Source: an uncultured Planctomycetaceae bacterium
GTDB taxonomy: Bacteria; Planctomycetota; Planctomycetia; Planctomycetales; Planctomycetaceae
Assembly: GCA_963976765.1 (NCBI GenBank)
Contig: CAXBME010000004.1
Location: 124,001-188,000 of the forward strand
Direction of reading: 5' to 3'
Length of the DNA: 64,000 nucleotides
Shown here: positions 61,239 through 64,000 of the stretch, piece by piece
Layout of the letters: the number at the start of each line of letters is the position of its first letter
Numbering within the stretch: position 1 is the first letter of the stretch
The notes under the pieces: generated by a model
Told to the model about the DNA's origin: nothing
The model's database searches: none
Seen by the model: only the letters and a program-made list of their open reading frames with translations
Translations under genes and position numbers: made by a program

Positions 61239-61922
61239 ATGACGCCTCGAAAACTCAAATTCTGTTGCGTCCGTCTTGCGCGGTTCGCAATATGCGTGAG
61301 CGTGATCTGTTCAAATGGCTGCCAGAGCGCCGCTATTCGTCGGGCAGATAGTCTTGAAGCCCGACTTCGCGATAAGCAGGCAAGAATTGACGAGCTTGCG
61401 GCGTCGCTTGAACAGGTCGAGACGGATCGCAATGTCGCTCGGCGTGAAGCATCTATCCTGCGTGATGAGCTTGGCAAGCTGCAGCCGTCCCCCGAAATCA
61501 TCCAGGCAGCTCATACAGCCTCACGAATTGACCGAATCGAAGTTGTGTCGCTGCTGAGCGGAGCTCTTGATCGGGACGATATCCCAGGCGACGAGCAAAT
61601 TTCGCTGCTCATCGCCCCAGAAGACTCGAACGGTGAGATCCATCGCGTTTCCGGTGAACTGTCTGTCCGACTTACCGATATTTCACTTCCGGCGGGCAGC
61701 GAAGAGATTGCGACCGCAACCTTCGACGAGGCCGAAACCGACGCCCTCTGGCATAACGGTATTGTTGGTCGAGGCTTTCGCGTGCTGATTCCGCTACCTG
61801 CGAATCTGAAGACGCGTACGCTGACGGCTCATATCCGTTTCAACACGAACACCGGATCGCAGTTCGACACGCTTCATCAGTTAAGCGTGTCGCCGGAAGC
61901 GGTCACTGCATCTGTCGAGTGA
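61239..61922 (+). CDS. Hypothetical lipoprotein with coiled coil
   Basis: Signal ending in ICSNGC; heptad-like LEARLRDKQARIDELAASL. Confidence 0.65.
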   Translation: MTPRKLKFCCVRLARFAICVSVICSNGCQSAAIRRADSLEARLRDKQARIDELAASLEQVETDRNVARREASILRDELGKLQPSPEIIQAAHTASRIDRIEVVSLLSGALDRDDIPGDEQISLLIAPEDSNGEIHRVSGELSVRLTDISLPAGSEEIATATFDEAETDALWHNGIVGRGFRVLIPLPANLKTRTLTAHIRFNTNTGSQFDTLHQLSVSPEAVTASVE

Positions 61923-62094
61923 TCTGGTCAGAATGTGGTTGCTGCCGCTTGAATGCATTCTTGTCGGAATTCTCAGCGATCACAGCGCAGAACCTGACAA
62001 CGCTACGCTGATTGGCAATTTGAGCGTCTCGCTATGACAGAACCGCTCAATCGCTATCTTGCCGTTGAATTCAAACACTCAACGCGAGCGAACC

Positions 62095-62949
62095 ATGAGC
62101 CTCAAATCTGTAGCGATGTTCCTACTGTTCTGCCTGAGTCTGAGCGTTTTCCTGACCGAATCACTTGCCGACGACGTTGCGAACATTCGGGTGACGTTCT
62201 ACGCAATGGGGGACGTGCCTTATGCGCCGGATGAGGACGTCCTATTGTCGAAACAGATTTCCGACTTGCCAGGTGACGCTGAGTTTGCGATCCACGTCGG
62301 AGATATCAAACGCGGGCTGCCGCTTTGCACCGAGTCGGTTTACAGGAAGGTCGCTAGGATCCTCAGTAAGTCGGCGGCGCCGGTATTCATCATTCCTGGC
62401 GACAACGAGTGGAATGACTGTATCGATCCGGCTCAGGCGTGGGCGTACTGGGATCAGTACTTCATGAAATTCGATCGGCGCTGGAAGCATAGCCTGCCGG
62501 TCGAGCGGCAGAATATTCGAGAAGAAAATTTTGCGTTTGTGAAGGGCGGCGTACTGTTTGTCGGTTTGAACATTGTCGGAGGAAGAGTTCACGATGAGCA
62601 GGAATGGAAACTCCGACACGCCGGCGATCTGGACTGGGTGAAATCAAACCTGCAACGTTTCGGCGAACAGATCAGCAGCCTTGTGGTCTTCGGCCATGCA
62701 AAGCCGGCGAAAGTTCACAATGACTTTTTCGATCCGTTCAACAAGGTTGCCGAGGATTTTGAAAAACCGGTTCTGTATCTGCACGGCGACGGGCACAAGT
62801 GGCTCCACGACCGACCGTTCAAGGCAAAAAACATCCTGCGCGTCGAGGTCGATCAAGGGGGAATCGCTCCTCCGCTTAAGGTAACAGTAACCGGTCATTC
62901 GACCACGCCCTTCGTCTTCGACCGTCGAAACGGAAAAAAAGCTTCGTAG
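62095..62949 (+). CDS. Secreted calcineurin-like metallophosphoesterase
   Basis: Signal peptide; GDVPY, HVGDIK, PGDNEW, FGHA, LHGDGH. Confidence 0.85.
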   Translation: MSLKSVAMFLLFCLSLSVFLTESLADDVANIRVTFYAMGDVPYAPDEDVLLSKQISDLPGDAEFAIHVGDIKRGLPLCTESVYRKVARILSKSAAPVFIIPGDNEWNDCIDPAQAWAYWDQYFMKFDRRWKHSLPVERQNIREENFAFVKGGVLFVGLNIVGGRVHDEQEWKLRHAGDLDWVKSNLQRFGEQISSLVVFGHAKPAKVHNDFFDPFNKVAEDFEKPVLYLHGDGHKWLHDRPFKAKNILRVEVDQGGIAPPLKVTVTGHSTTPFVFDRRNGKKAS

Positions 62950-63229
62950 CAGGTTACATCGTTGCCGTCTTCGTCACCTGCGACCGGAAAGCGTCACCAC
63001 TGAGTGATTGACTCGTCGTAGAGCTTTGCGTGTGACCCTCGCCGCTCGGAAAAATCGTCATTGTGACTTCGCCCGGCTGGGGCCACGGGGCGGCCCCGAT
63101 GGCCACACGAACACCTGCCAACACCCATCCGTTGCTGATTGATTCGCGAAAAAATCGATTCGTTGGCGAATTGATGCGTGATCTTCAATGATGCGGCCTC
63201 AACCGGATTCCATCCACAACGAGGCTACG

Positions 63230-64000
63230 ATGTCATCAGCACGACGGTTCCGATGTTTCGCGTTCGCTTGTTGCATCTTGAATTTTCTTTCGTTTCACGT
63301 TGCCGGCTTCGTCAACGCGCAGGCTCCGACCGGTTCACCATCCGCGTCTACGGACAATGGTCTGTTCGCGAGGGACAATCTCGTCGCGTGGTGCATTGTT
63401 CCGTTTGATGGGGAGAAGCGAGGGCCGGCGGAGCGGGCGGCGATGTGTGCGAAGCTGGGTCTGAAGAAGGTTGCTTACGACTGGCGGAACGAGCATGTGC
63501 CGACGTTCGAGCAGGAGATTCTCGAATACAAGAAGAACGGCATCGAATACTTCGCTTTCTGGGGCGGGCACGAAGAAGCGTACAAGCTCTTCCAGAAGCA
63601 CGACCTGCATCCGCAGATCTGGCGAACGCTGGGGTCACCAGCTGCAGCGACTCAGAGTGAACGGGTTGAAGCGGCTGCAACGCAGATGCTTCCACTGGTT
63701 GAGCAAGCCCGGAAACTCGGCTGTAAGGTCGGACTTTACAATCACGGTGGCTGGGGCGGGGAACCCGAGAACCTGGTCGCCGTCTGCGAATACCTGAGAA
63801 AGCATCACGAAGGCGAGCACGTTGGCATCGTTTATAACCAGCATCATTCGCACAGTCGTGTAGACAACTTTGCCGACGACCTGAAGGCGATGAAGCCGTT
63901 CCTGCTTTGCCTGAATCTGAACGGGATCACCCGAGACGGCGACCAGCATGGAAAGAAGATTCTGCCACTCGGCGAAGGTGAGCTGGACGTTTCACTTCTG
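63230..64000 (+). CDS. Secreted sugar-phosphate isomerase/epimerase-like TIM-barrel protein, truncated by the window end
   Basis: Open frame absent from the ORF track: MSSARRFRCFAFACC...LVAWCIVPFD...GLYNHGGW...VYNQHH...LPLGEGELD. Alternative ATG at 63188. Confidence 0.8.
   Translation, partial: MSSARRFRCFAFACCILNFLSFHVAGFVNAQAPTGSPSASTDNGLFARDNLVAWCIVPFDGEKRGPAERAAMCAKLGLKKVAYDWRNEHVPTFEQEILEYKKNGIEYFAFWGGHEEAYKLFQKHDLHPQIWRTLGSPAAATQSERVEAAATQMLPLVEQARKLGCKVGLYNHGGWGGEPENLVAVCEYLRKHHEGEHVGIVYNQHHSHSRVDNFADDLKAMKPFLLCLNLNGITRDGDQHGKKILPLGEGELDVSLL

Overview
A GC-rich chromosomal window, most likely from a Planctomycete. The evidence is PSD1/planctomycete cytochrome c, DUF1501, PVC-type heme proteins, a LEPR-XLL-type leader, and an ffh-rpsP-trmD-rplS operon without rimM. 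Housekeeping genes (arfB, plsC-like, thrC, dcd, dnaK-clpB, queC, ppdK, tRNA-Gly, tig-clpP-clpP) are mixed with PVC-specific secreted proteins, including a 3206-aa RTX/adhesin-like giant and a barrel-less secretin-N protein paired with an EF-hand/P-domain protein. No integrase, transposase, prophage, CRISPR array or rRNA was seen. The signals the ORF track does not explain are: (1) a hidden 71-aa CxxU SelW/Rdx selenoprotein with a SECIS-like hairpin; (2) a sigma-54-type promoter with two palindromic boxes and an IHF-like site upstream of dnaK-clpB; (3) patches of reversed third-position bias and an in-frame repeat-bounded cassette in the giant gene; (4) GTAG-type REP doublets; (5) a long intergenic hairpin that may be an ncRNA. 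All family calls come from motif recognition by eye; no database searches were run.
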